In this document: in pieces, positions 39,501-51,454 of the stretch | Layout of the letters: each line of letters starts with the position of its first letter | Position numbering within the stretch: the first letter of the stretch is position 1 | Assembly (NCBI GenBank): GCA_038087875.1 | Contig: CM076000.1 | Coordinates: 2,232,001 to 2,296,000, forward strand | Source of the DNA: Malacoraja senta | Lineage: Eukaryota | Direction: 5' to 3' | Length of the DNA: 64,000 bases | Notes under the pieces: generated by a model | Seen by the model: only the letters and a program-made list of their open reading frames with translations | Told to the model about the DNA's origin: nothing | Databases searched by the model: none | Position numbers and translations under genes: made by a program

Positions 39501-40676
39501 CATTTCTCGCATGCTTAATAGAGGCAATTTGTGAAAAGAAATTTACTGGTATGCATTACAACATTGTTTGGGTAAATTATAATATTATTTTTCTTGTTGC
39601 TGTCTGTCAGACACATTTCTCTGTATTATAGTTGTTGTCAAAATGCCTTCAGAATGATTTCTAAATGTTGCAACTATATACAAGATAAACACGCCATAAA
39701 TTACTTTTTGTACTTTGAATGTTAAAACAAGATTGCAAAACAAAGTATGCTTTCAGCAAATGCAGAGGATGTCTTTGTGAGGTTGAGTTTTTGGAGCCAA
39801 TGGTATTGATTTCATTCAGAATGGTGGTTTCGATCAGCCACAGAGTTTCATGATGAGACTTTTGTCATAAATTCATAAATTATAGGAGCAGAATTAGGCC
39901 ATTCGGCCCATCAAATCGAATCCGCCATTCAATCATGGCTGATCTTTCTTTCCCTCTCAAACCTATTCTCCTGCCTTCTCCCCATAGCCCCTGACACCTG
40001 TACTAATCAGGAACCTGGCCCGGAGTGGGATGTCGGCTCATGGGCCGAACCGGTCGTGGGCGACGGAGGAGGCCCTGCAACAGCCTGGGGCCTACCTGGA
40101 TCAGGAACCGCTCCAGTACATCGAGCGTGTGGATTGGACTTTGGACATTTTGTAAATGACGCTAAAATATGGCGACTTGTGCATGTGTGATCTCGGCAAA
40201 ATGAATCTCACCGTGCAGTGCACACGTGAGAATAAAGCTCCTTTGAACCTCACTGTATGGTTAAAGTTTGACACAACCCTTCCCAGAAAATCGCATAACT
40301 AATGCAGAGCATTGGCAATAGACCACATTGGAGGTGTGGGAGAGAATATTTGGGTAGTGCCAGAGTCAAAGACAAATCTTAAAAGAGAAACTGTGATGAT
40401 TTTTGACGATTAAATTGAAGAGCTCTTGATGATGTGTCACAAAATATTACTCTGCATCCATTGCTGAGCAGAAGGAATTAGCCAAGCTAAGAGACTTATT
40501 AACATTGGCAAAGGATAGGAAATAGTTAAACTGATTATGCTTCCTCAATTCTGCACCATTTTATCAACCCCCAAAAAAATCATTACTTATTTATTTGAAT
40601 TTTGTGCTGAGTAGATTATCATAGTGTTTCCACAATGTGGACCTGCTCACACGATTTCTGGTCGGCAACACTTTAA

Positions 40677-40993
40677 TTTAGTTTAGTTTTAGTTTAGAGA
40701 TACAGCGCGGAAACAGGCCCTTCAGGCCACTGAGTCTGCGCCGACCAGCGATCACCCCGTACATTTGCACCATCCTACACATGAGGGACAATTTACAAAT
40801 GTTACCAAAGCCAATTAACCTACAAACCTGTACGTCTCTGGAGTATGGGAGGAAACAGGAGCAACCAGGGAAAACCCACACAGTCACGGGGAGAATGTAC
40901 TTACTCCGTACAGACTTCACCCGTAGTCAGGATCGAACCCGGGTCTCTGGTGCTGTAAGGGAGCAACTCTATCGCCGCGCCACCATGCCACCC
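40677..40993 (-). mobile_element. HE1/V-SINE-like SINE, full length
   Basis: B box GGTTCGATCC on the minus strand; tail (CTAAA)n. Confidence 0.85.
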
Positions 40994-41147
40994 TTCAAAG
41001 TTTCTAGGGTTTGATTTTATTCAACACCCAGTGACTGTGCCAACGTATTTGTAAAGGAAAAGATTATCAAGCATAGTTGTAACGCCATGGCATTAGGATG
41101 CTAAAAGGATTACATTGCTTTTGCACCAGTGGTAATCTATGCTTTGT

Positions 41148-41281
41148 GTAAGAAGGAACTGCAGGTGCTGGTTTAAACCAAAGATAGACATAATAAGCTG
41201 GAGCAACTCAGTGGGACAGGCAGCATCTCTGGAGAGAAGGAATGGGTGACGTTTCGGGTCAAGACCCTTCTTCAGACTCAA
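41148..41281 (-). mobile_element. Penelope-derived terminal repeat with intact hammerhead-like core
   Basis: Minus strand CTGAAGA-A-GGGTC(TT)GACCC-GAAA-CGTC at 41275-41248; TSD TATGCTTTGT at 41138-41147 and 41282-41291. Confidence 0.75.
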
Positions 41282-41918
41282 TATGCTTTGTCAGTAATAA
41301 ATCTGTCTGATTTATGCCATGATTAGAATGGAATTTTGCAATATCATTACCTCACACTATGTTGAAAAACGTTAAAATCTTTTAAAATTAACTTTAAAGT
41401 TAGTATAATGTGTTATTTAAATGCAATTTGAGCTGTTATAAAGTATAATTCCACTAAAATAACTACCTCCTGCATGTTGCTTCAGGGTTTAAATTACAGC
41501 AAAACTGTTTAATGGAATTGTATGGTCAACTGCAGTGTTTTCAAATTGAAGAAAGCGTCATTGCCTGGATCAATTAGCAGGTAATTAACCACTCCATAAA
41601 GTGATGTAAAAGCTTTTCACTGTACCTCAGTAAACGTGACAATAATAATAAACTAAACTAAACTAAAGTAATGACATTTATATATTTACCAGGATTTAAA
41701 AAGAATATTTAATACTCATTGAGGCAGTAACTATTGCAACATTTAAGAAGCATTTGGATAGGTACTGTACATGGATAGGATAGGTTTGGAGGGGTATGGG
41801 CCAAACACAGGCAGGTGGGTCTGGTGTAGACGGGGCATGTTGGTCGGCGTGGACAAGTTGCGCTGAAGGGCCTGTTTCCACGCTGTATGACGCTGTATGA
41901 ATCTGTTTTAAATTCTTA

Positions 41919-41980
41919 CTAGACCAAGTGCAGACCCGTTGGGTCTGTTCCCCCAACGCGCGGTTGCGGGGTGGTTCCCC
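41919..41980 (-). mobile_element. Helitron 3'-end fragment
   Basis: CTAG at 41919-41922 and hairpin CAGACCC-GTT-GGGTCTG, homologous to 46390-46430. Confidence 0.65.
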
Positions 41981-42119
41981 AATCAATAGTCCTTGGTGGA
42001 GGTATCAAGTTGTAGATTCAGCATATTGGAATAAGCTGCCAAAGAAGAAGATAGAATCATTTACAATCACTATGTATAAAAGTGATTTGACATTTAAATG
42101 GACAATGGGTATGTCACCG

Positions 42120-44330
42120 AGTCATGGAGTCATACTTTGTGAAAACAGGCCCTTTGGCCCAACTTGCCCACACCAACCAACATGACCAATCTACACCATT
42201 CCCACCTGTCTGCATTTGGCCCATATCTCTCTAAACCTATCCTATCCTATCCTATCCTATCCTATCCAGGTACATCTCTAAATAGTTTTTAAACAGTGAT
42301 AGTACCTGCCTCAACTACCTCCCCTGGCAGCTCATTCCATATATCTATCACCCTTTGTGTAAAAAGTTGCCTATCGGATTCCTATTAAATCTTTGTCCCC
42401 TCACCTTAAACCTATGTTCTTTAGATCTTGATTCCCTTACTCTGCATAAAAGATTGTGAATTTAACATTATCTATTCCACTCTAAAAGATCACTCATCAA
42501 CCTCCTATGCTCCAAGGAATAAAGTCCTAGCCTGCTCGAGCTCCCCCTTTAACTCATCCCCTTGAATCCTGGAAACATCCTTGTAAATTTTCTCTCCAAC
42601 CTTTCCAACTTAAAAGAGTGACCAAAACTGAACACAATACCCCAAATGTGGCCTCAGCAATGCCTAGTACAACTGTAACATGACCTCCCAACTGCCATAC
42701 TCAATACTCTGACTGATGAACGCCAATGTACCAAAAGCCTTCTTGATCACCCTATCTACCTGTGATGCCACTTTCAAGGAACTACACTCCTAGATCCCTC
42801 TGCTCTACAACACTCTCCAGAGCTCTGCCGTTCACTGTGTAGGTCCTACCCTGGTTAGATTTCCCAAAAATGCAACACCTTGCACTTACTGTATCTGTAT
42901 TAAATGATTGAATGAATACTTTATTGTCACATGTAACAAGTCACAGTGATATTCTTCTTTGATTGCATACCAAAGGTGTGCAAATAGTTGCCCATAAAGG
43001 GTGCTTACAAAGTTACAAAGTATCCGCGCCAGGTTCCCCTTTGATCTCCACCCCCCTCCCCTTCCCTCACAGTGTTCCCCCCACGCTGGGTCCTCCATTG
43101 CCCATTGTTCTTCCCCCCACCTTCATGGTGGTCATCCCACGCTGGGTCCTCCTTTGGTCCTTCCCTCGGCAGCAGTCCTTACTCCCACTTGTCCGTCCTC
43201 GTCTGTCGGTCGGCGCTATCATCGATCGCTGCACTGATCTCTCCACTATCGCTGTCGTGTCCTCTCCTGACACCTCCGTGGTGCCGACCCAGGGCCTAGC
43301 CACAGGCTCTGCAGACCCAGGGTCCGTTGGCGAGGCTCCGACCCAATTCTCTATCCATTCAGCTACCTCTCCTTGGATCCCATGCGATCTAACCTTCCTG
43401 AGCAGCCCAACATGCAGAACCTTGTCAAACGCTTTGGTGAAATCTATATATACAATGTCAACAGCACTGCCCTCATCAACCTTTCTGGTTACATCTTCAA
43501 AAATCTTAATTAGATTTGTGAGATGCAATCTCCCCTGTACAAAACCATGCTGACTATCCCTAATCAGCCCTTGTCTATCTAAATGCATCCATATCTCATC
43601 CCTCAGAATACTATCCAGTAACTTTCTGATAACAGATGTTAGACTCTGCCCTATAATTCTCATGCTTTTCCTTGCAGCCTTCTTAAATAGAAGCACAACA
43701 GTTGCCACCCTCTAGTCTTCTGTATTTAATGACTCATTAAATCTTAGACAGGGCACTTGCAATTTCCTCACTAGTTTCCCACAGTAATCTTGGATATATC
43801 TGATCCAGCCCAGGAGATTTGTCTACCTTCACATATGTCAGGACCTTTAGCACCTCCTCAGTTGAAATACTGACTGCCCTCAAGACGCTTCCATTGACTG
43901 CCCCAAGTTCCCTGGTCCTCATGACTTTCTCTGCGGTAGAACCAGAGGATTGATGACCTTGCCCATCTCCTGTGGCTCCACACAAGGATGACCACTTTGA
44001 TTCCTGAGGGGGCCTACTTTCTCTCAGTTTACCCTTTCTCCCTTAAAGTACATATAAAAACTTTGGATTATCCCTAATATTATCTTCCAGAGCTACAGTA
44101 TCTCCTAGCCCATTTATTCCATGCGAATTCCTTCTTTTTCATTCTCCTCAGTTCAAGAAACTCCTCTAGGGATATACTTGATGTCAGCTGCCTATACTTG
44201 TCCCATGCCTCCTTCTTATTCTTGACCAGAGTAACAATTTATCTTGTCATTCAAGCTTCCTTATGCCCACCTGCCGTGCTTTTCACTAGGAACATCCATA
44301 TCCCGAACATTCCTAATGTGTAATCACTAA
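42120..44330 (-). mobile_element. Decayed CR1 ORF2 (older subfamily) interrupted by a non-autonomous retroposon at ~42905-43345
   Basis: Translations DKSPGLDQIYPRLLWE and DSQHGFVQGR..VDIVYIDFTKAFDKVLH..WIENW; CR1 3' UTR at 42120-42250. Confidence 0.85.
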
Positions 44331-44410
44331 TTGCACATCATTCTAGACTTTAGACTTTAGTGGTACAGCGCGGAAACAGCACCTTCGGCCCACGGAGTCC
44401 GCACTGACCA

Positions 44411-45179
44411 CTTTGGTTATCCACATTGGTACCAAAAACAGGAAGGCAGATTACTATCTAAATGGTGTCAAGTTGGGAAAAGGGGAAGTACAACGGGATC
44501 TGGCGGTCCTTGTTCATCAGTCAATTAAAGTAAGCATGCAGGTACAGCAGGCAGTGAAGAAGGCAAATGGCATGTTGGCCTTTACAATAAGAGGAGTTGA
44601 GTATAGGAGCAAAGAGATTCTTCTGCAGTTGTAAAGGGTCCTAGTGAGACCACACCTGGAGTATTGTGTGCAGTTTTGGTCACCTAATTTTAGGAAGGAC
44701 ATTCTTGCTATTGAGGTACAGCGTAGGTTTACAAGGTTAATTCCCAGGATGACGGGATTGTCATATGCTGAGAGAATGGAGCGGCTGGCTGGAGTTTAGA
44801 AGGATGAGAGGTTATCTTATTAAAACATATAAGATTATTAAGGAGTTGGACACGCTAGAGGCAGGAAACATGTTCCCGATGTTGGGGGAGTCCAGAACCA
44901 GGGACCACAGTTTAAGAATAAGGGGTAAGCCATTTAGAACGGAGATGAGGAAACACTGTTTCTCACAGAGGGTTGTGAGTCTGCAGAATTCTCTGCCTCA
45001 GAGGGCGGTGGTGGCCAGTTCTCTGGATACTTTCAAGAGAGAGCTATATAGGGCTCTTAAAGATAGGGGCAATGGGGAGGGCAGGAACGGGCTACTGATT
45101 GGGGATGATCAGCCATGAATGGCAGTGTTGGCTCGAAGGGCCGAATGGCCTACTCCTGCACCTATTGTCTATTGTCTAT
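44411..45179 (+). mobile_element. CR1 3' fragment inserted in a minus-strand SINE (44345-45795)
   Basis: ORF2 C-terminal translations; TSD TGACCA at 44405-44410 and 45180-45185. Confidence 0.9.
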
Positions 45180-45365
45180 TGACCAGAGATCACCCCGTTC
45201 ACAAGCACAATCCTACACACTATGGACAATTTACAATTTTTTTTACTGAAGCCCATTAAACTACATACCTGTACATCTTTGCAGTTTGGGAGGAAACTGG
45301 AGCACCCGGAGAAAACCCACGCAGTCACAGGGAGAATGTACAAACTCCATACAGCACCCGTAGTC

Positions 45366-45728
45366 TGGGTGACTGGGACGGTGTTCTGGCGGTGGTGGCC
45401 TGAGTCCGGGGTTTGGCCGCGGGCCAGCGGCTGCGTCTGCAGGACTGGTGGGCGGCAGCTTCGACCACCCCGGGCCGCGGTGTTTGAGCCGCGGGACTGA
45501 TTTATAACATCGCCTGGGGGGTATCGCCTCAGCGCAGAGGGAGAAGAGGAGGGAAGAGACTGCAGACCTAAGACTTTTGCCTCCATCACAGTGAGGAGAT
45601 GCTGGGTGGACTCACTGTGGTGGATGTTAATATGTGTTTATTGTTGTTTTATTGTATTATATGTATGACTGCTGCAATTTCGTCCAGACTTCGGTCTGAA
45701 TGACAATAAAGGCATATCTATATCTATC
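45366..45728 (+). mobile_element. 5'-truncated GC-rich non-autonomous retroposon inserted in the same SINE
   Basis: TSD TAGTC at 45361-45365 and 45729-45733; hairpin TCCATCACAGTGAG..CTCACTGTGGTGGA; terminal CAGAC-TTCG-GTCTG hairpin, AATAAA and (TATC)n. Confidence 0.75.
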
Positions 45729-47819
45729 TAGTCAGGATCGCACCTGGGTCTCTGGCGCGGTAAGGCAGCAACTACCGCTGCGCCAGCGTGCCAACCTTTT
45801 TTTTCCAATGAATAAAAAGAAAGGCTTTCTGACCTTGGAGAAGATATGAAACTCAAACAAACATAAGTCTCAGCAACATAAATTGTTTGTGAATCCCGTT
45901 TTAATATATTAAGTCTCAGATGAACCCTAGAAAACATGAAAAGAGTAAATCTCCACACTTGTGAAACTGTTATTATATCGATCTGGAGATAGACACAAAA
46001 TGCTGGAGTAGCGCAGAGGGTCAGGCAGCCTCTCTGGAGGAAAGGAATAGGTGACGTTTCGGGTGGGAACCCTTCTTCAGTCTGAGGTTCCGACTTGAAA
46101 AGTCACCTATTCTTTTTCTCCAGAGATGCTGCATAACCCGTTGACTTACTCCAGCATTTTATGGGTACCTTCGGTATAAATCAGCATCTGCAGTTCCTTT
46201 CTACACATTATATTAGTCTGGGTGTACTCTTGCAGGTGTGTTGAATCCAAATAGATGGAAATGGTTTAGGACGCAAGGCTCAGTCTTTAAATATAATCAC
46301 TGTTGTCATGGTCGGAGTTTGCAGGATTTGAATGCTCTGAAAGACTTGCCTCATCATCAAATTGAAGGACCCTTTACATTTAAACAGTACTAGGCTAAGT
46401 GCAGACCTGTTGGGTCTGCTCCCCAACGCAATATTCCACCACTCACCCATTCCCCCAATGCAATATTCCACCACTCACGCATAGCCCCTCCTCTTCACCC
46501 TCCGTCTTCTTTCCCCTTTCCTCCTCCCCTCCCCAATCTCTCCCTCACCTCTCCTTTCCCCTACGCTCAGTCCCTCCCTCCCTCCCTCCATAACTCCTCC
46601 CAACTTCCGACCCCCCTCTTATCTATTCCCCCTCCTCCCCTACTCTCCCTCCTCACCTCCCCCACTTTCCCCCCTCTCCCACCCTAACCCCTCCTTTCCC
46701 TCAATCCCCCACTCTCCCTCCACACCTCCCCAGGATATTTCCCCTCTCCTCCTCCCCTTCCCCAATCTCTCCCTCACCTCTCCCTCCCTCTCCTTTCCCC
46801 TACCCTCAGTCACTCCGTCCCTCCCTCCATAAAAAGCAGCATCTGCAGTTCCTTCCTCCACATGTCATTCATTGTTAGCTGTGGTTTAGATCCCATTGAC
46901 GTGACAATTGGACCAGTTTGCATTGTGTGTGTGTAACTCAAACTCCGCACAAACTGCTCAACAACCCTGCAACTCGACTCTCCCTTCCTCCCTCTGCCCA
47001 CTCCGGCTCAGTCACCGCTCGGCCCGTCCCCATCCTGTCTGACTGCCCGCTGCTAACTCTCGGCCTGTCCCCGCCCTGCCCGCACACCCGCTGCTGCCGC
47101 TCGGCCCGTCCCCGCCCTGCCCACCCGCCTACCCGCCTGCCTGCTCGCTGCTGCCGCCGGGCCGGGCTGCAGGAGGGATGGAGTTGTCATTCGTCATGGT
47201 GAGCTGGTGCAGAAGATCTCCTCCAAGATGGCCATGAGGGTGAGTTACTGAAGTGGCGGTAGCGGCGGCGGCGGAGGAGACGGACGGTCACAGTCATTCA
47301 CCCGGGGGGGATGGGTAGACGGGACCGCCATTGACACAGAAGGCGGGCGGGAAAGAGGGGTGAGTGAGGGAGTGAGAGATAGGACCAGGGCCTCCACTGA
47401 ACCACCCCCCCTGCGGCCGCCGCCAGTGGTGGGGGGACGGTAGACAAGTCACTGTGAGGAGGGGAGGTAGGAGTTTGTAAGTGAGGTAAGAGAGGCAGCC
47501 GTGCAGGAAGGGGTGTCACTATCACAGCAGTGGCGTTGACTGACAGGAGAGGAGACTAATCTGCGTGGCGCTGACTGACAGGAGAAGAGACAAATCTGCA
47601 CATGCGCGGTTTTAAAGATTTTTAAACCTTAATAACTTTTAAAATATACCATCGATCGGAACAAAACTTATTGGACTTGTAGCACAGGAGAAAGGTGAGT
47701 ACGGGGGCAAAAGATTGTAACATAGAAACATAGAAACATAGAAAATAGGTACAGGAGTAGGCCATTCGGCCCTTCGAGCCTACACCGCCATTCAATATGA
47801 TCATGGCTGATCATCCAAC

Positions 47820-49055
47820 TCAGTATCCTGTACCTGCCTTCTCTCCATACCCCCTGATCCCTTTAGCCACAAGGGCCACATCAAACTCCCTCTTAAATAT
47901 AGCCAATGAACTGACTTCAACTACCTTCTGTGGCAGAGAATTCCACAGATTCACCACTCTCTGTGTGAAAAATGTTTTTCTCATCTCGGTCCTAAAAGAC
48001 TTCCCCCTTATCCTTAAACTGTGACCCCTTGTTCTGGACTTCCCCAACATCGGGAACAATCTTCCTGCATCTAGCCTGTCCAACCCCTTAAGAACTTTGT
48101 AAGTTTCTATAAGATCCCCCCTCAATCTTCTAAATTCTAGCGAGTACAAGCCGAGTCTATCCAGTCTTTCTTCATATGAAAGTCCTGACATTCCAGGAAT
48201 CAGTCTGGTGAACCTTCTCTGTACTCCCTCTATGGCACGGATGTCTTTCCTCAGATTAGGAGACCAAAACTGTACGCAATACTCCAGGTGTGGTCTCACC
48301 AAGATCCTGTACAACTGCAGTAGAACCTCCCTGCTTCTATACTCAAATCCTTTTGCTATGAATGCTAACATACCATTCGCTTCCTTCACTGCCTGCTGCA
48401 CCTGCATGCCTACTTTCAATGACTGGTGTACCATGACACCCAGGTCTCGTTGCATCTCCCCTTTTCCTAATCGGCCAACATTCAGATAATAGTCTACTTT
48501 CCTGTTTTTGTCACCAAAGTGGATAACCTCACATTTATCCACATTATACTGCATCTGCCATGCATTTGCCCACACACCCAACCTATCCAAGTCACCTTGC
48601 AGCCTCCTAGCATCCTCCTCACAGCTAACACTGCCCCCCAGCTTCATGTCATCCCCAAACTTGGAGATGTTGCATTCAATTCCCTCGTCCAGATCATTAA
48701 TATATATTGTAAATAGCTGGGGTCCCAGCACTGAGCCTTGCGGTACCTCACTCGGCACTGCCTGGCATTCTGAAAAGGACCCGTTTACTCCTACTCTTTG
48801 CTTCTTGTCTGCCAGCCAGTTCTCTATCCACATCAATACTGAACCCGCAATACCGTGTGCTTTAAGTTTGCATACTAATCTCTTATGTGGGACCTTGTCG
48901 AAAGCCTTCTGAAAGTCCAGATATAACACATCCACTGGTTCTCCCTTATCCACTCTACTAGTTACATGCTTGAAAAATTCTATAAGATTCGTCAAACATG
49001 ATTTACCTTTCATAAATCCATGCTGACTTTGTCCAATGATTTCACCACTTTCCAA
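47820..49055 (-). CDS. CR1 ORF2 reverse-transcriptase domain (open 411-codon segment of a frameshifted ORF2)
   Basis: Motifs QHGFMKGKSCLTNL, YLDFQKAFDKV, VPQGSVLGPQLF, KFGDD (FADD in the other copy), RGHSLRI. Confidence 0.85.
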   Translation of the reverse strand: MESGEIIGQSQHGFMKGKSCLTNLIEFFKHVTSRVDKGEPVDVLYLDFQKAFDKVPHKRLVCKLKAHGIAGSVLMWIENWLADKKQRVGVNGSFSECQAVPSEVPQGSVLGPQLFTIYINDLDEGIECNISKFGDDMKLGGSVSCEEDARRLQGDLDRLGVWANAWQMQYNVDKCEVIHFGDKNRKVDYYLNVGRLGKGEMQRDLGVMVHQSLKVGMQVQQAVKEANGMLAFIAKGFEYRSREVLLQLYRILVRPHLEYCVQFWSPNLRKDIRAIEGVQRRFTRLIPGMSGLSYEERLDRLGLYSLEFRRLRGDLIETYKVLKGLDRLDAGRLFPMLGKSRTRGHSLRIRGKSFRTEMRKTFFTQRVVNLWNSLPQKVVEVSSLAIFKREFDVALVAKGIRGYGEKAGTGY

Positions 49056-50925
49056 ATGTGCTGCTATCCCATCTTTAATAACTGACTAGCATTTTCCCCA
49101 CTACCGATGTTAGACTAACTGGTCTGTAATTCCCCGTTTTCTCTCTCCCTCCCTTTTTTTATAGTGGGGTTACATTAGCTACCCTCCAATCCTCAGGAAC
49201 TACTCCAGAATCTAAAGAGTTTTGAAAAATTATCACGAATGCATCCACTATTTCTGGGGCTACTTCCTTAAGTACTTTGGGATGCAGCCTATCTGGCCCT
49301 GGGGATTTATCGGCCTTTAATCCATTCAATTTACCTAACACCACTTCCCGGCTAACCTGGATTTCACTCAGTTCCTCCATCTCATTTGACCCCCGGTCCC
49401 CTGCTCTTTCCAGCAGATTATTTATGTCTTCCTTAGTGAAGACAGAACCAAAGTAGTTATTCAATTGGTCTGCCATGTCCTTGTTCCCCATGATCGATTC
49501 ACCTGTTTCTGACTGCAAGGGACCTATATTTGTTTTAACTAATCTTTTTCTATTCACATATCTATAAAAACTTTTGCAGTCAGTTTTTATGTTCCCTGCC
49601 AGTTTTCTTTCATAATCTATTTTCCCTTTCCTAATTAAGCCCTATGTCCTCCTCTGCTGGTCTCTGAATTTCTCCCAGTCCTCTGGTGGGCTGCTTTTTC
49701 TGGCTAATTTGTATGCTTCATCTTTTGTTTTGATACTATCCCTGATTTCCCTTGTTATCCACGGATGCATTACCTTCCCTGATTTATTCTTTTGCCAAAC
49801 TGGGATGAACAATTGTTGTAGTTCATCCATGCAGTCTTTAAATGCCTTCTATTGCATATCCACCGTCAACCCTTTAAGAATCAATTGCCAGTCTATCTTG
49901 GCCAATTCACGTCTCATACCGTCAAAGTTACCTTTCTTTAAGTTCAGAACCCTTGTTTCTGAATTAAACGATGTCACTCTCCATCCTAATGAAGAACTCA
50001 ACCATATTATGGTCACTCTTGTCCAAGGGGCCACGCACAACAAGACTGCTAACTAACCCTTCCTCATTACTCAATACCCAGTCTAGAATAGCCTGTTCTC
50101 TCGTTGGTTCCTCTACATGTTGGTTTAGAAAACTATCCCGCATACATTGCAAGAAATCCTCTTCCTCAGCACCCCTGCCAATTTGATTCACCCAATCAAT
50201 ATGTAGATTGAAGTCACCCATTATAACTGTTTTACCTTTGTTGCACGCATTTCTAATTTCCTGTTTGATGCCTTCCGCAACTCCACTACTACTGTTAGGT
50301 GGCCTGTACACAACTCCCACTAGCGTTTTCTGCCCCTTAGTGTTTCGCAGCTCTACCCATATCGATTCCACATCCTCCAAGCTAATGTCCTTCCTTTCTA
50401 TTGTGTTAATCTCATCTCTAACCAGCAACTCTACCCCACCTCCTTTTCCTTTCTGTCTATCCTGAATATTGAATATCCATGGATGTTCAGCTCCCAGCCT
50501 TGGTCACCCTGGAGCCATGTCTCCGTGATCACAACTATATCATATTCATTAATAACTATCTGCACATTCAACTCATCCACCTTATTACGAATGCTCTTGC
50601 ATTGAGACACAAAGCCTTCAGGCTTTTTACAACACTCTTACCCCTTATACAATTATGTTGAAAAGTGGCCCTTTTTGATTTTTGCCCTGGATTTGTCTGC
50701 CTGCCACTTTTACTTTTCATCTTGCTACCTATTGCTTCTACCCTCATGTTACACCCCTCTGTCTCTCTGCTCACACATTTAAGAAACCCACCACCTCTTA
50801 TTCTCCTGTTTATTATCTTTTTCTTCTTTCTCCCCTACATGTTGGGTCTGAGTGTTTCCCTTCTCTGCCTCCTGCCTCACACACTGTCTACTAGCTTTCT
50901 CTATTTGAGTCCCTCCCCCCAACCG

Positions 50926-51195
50926 ACTTCACCTTCACCGACTTCACAGCACAGTGGTAGCTGTGTAGAATGAACTTCCAGTGGAAGTGGTGGAGGCAGG
51001 TTCGATTTTATCCTTTAAAAATAGATTGGATGGGTATATGGACGGGAAATGAATGGAGGGTTATGGTCTGAGTGCAGGTAGATGGGACTAGGGGGAAGAA
51101 AGAAGGGAAAAAAAATGTTCAGCACGGACTTGAAGGGCCGAGATGGCCTGTTTCTGTGCTGTAATGGTTATATGGTTATATGGTTATATGGTTAT
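50926..51195 (+). mobile_element. Short CR1 3' fragment nested in the CR1 inter-ORF region
   Basis: TSD AACCG at 50921-50925 and 51196-51200; (TATGGTTA)n tail. Confidence 0.8.
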
Positions 51196-51454
51196 AACCG
51201 TTCTAGTTTAAAGTCTCCCCAGTAGCCTTTGCAAATCTCCCCGCCAGGATATTGGTCCCCCTCGGGTTCAAGTGCAACCCGTCCTTTTTGTACAAATATC
51301 CTTTAGCGCTATCATGTACAGTTTTTGCACAAATAGAAAAACCACGCAAACCAGAAGAGCACAAGATCAGAGTTTTAGTTATGTATAGAAGATAGATTAT
51401 GCTTACATGACTAAAATCAATGAAATCTTCATTCCTTCAATATTCGTCTATACT

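Larger units (their letters stand above)
47721..51297 (-). mobile_element. Near-full-length CR1 LINE (ORF1 C-terminus, disrupted ORF2, 3' UTR)
   Basis: ORF1 end LYKKDGLHLNPRGTNILAGRF..* (51203-51295); APE fragments (49964-50774); RT ORF; (TTTCTATG)n tail. Confidence 0.95.
46390..51396 (-). mobile_element. Non-autonomous Helitron interrupted by a CR1 LINE
   Basis: Minus strand begins TCTATCTTCTATACATAACTAAAACTCTGATCTTG (homologous to the 5' end at 18778); ends with hairpin GCAGACC-5nt-GGTCTGC (46401-46419) and CTAG; A^T target site. Confidence 0.85.

Noticed and set aside
42963..43553. 196-aa + strand ORF
   Set aside because: Antisense shadow of the CR1 and the inserted repeat.
43067..43708. 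213-aa ORF with an RT N-half and a novel C-terminus
   Set aside because: Chance read-through from a decayed CR1 RT (..WIENW) into an inserted repeat; the downstream RT core is deleted.
46950..47460. CpG island as a host gene promoter at this locus
   Set aside because: It lies between Helitron termini, so it is mobile cargo rather than a native promoter.
48208..48912. + strand ORFs over CR1 (also 58186-58889 and 59688-60527)
   Set aside because: Antisense open frames commonly seen opposite CR1 ORF2; no independent evidence of coding.
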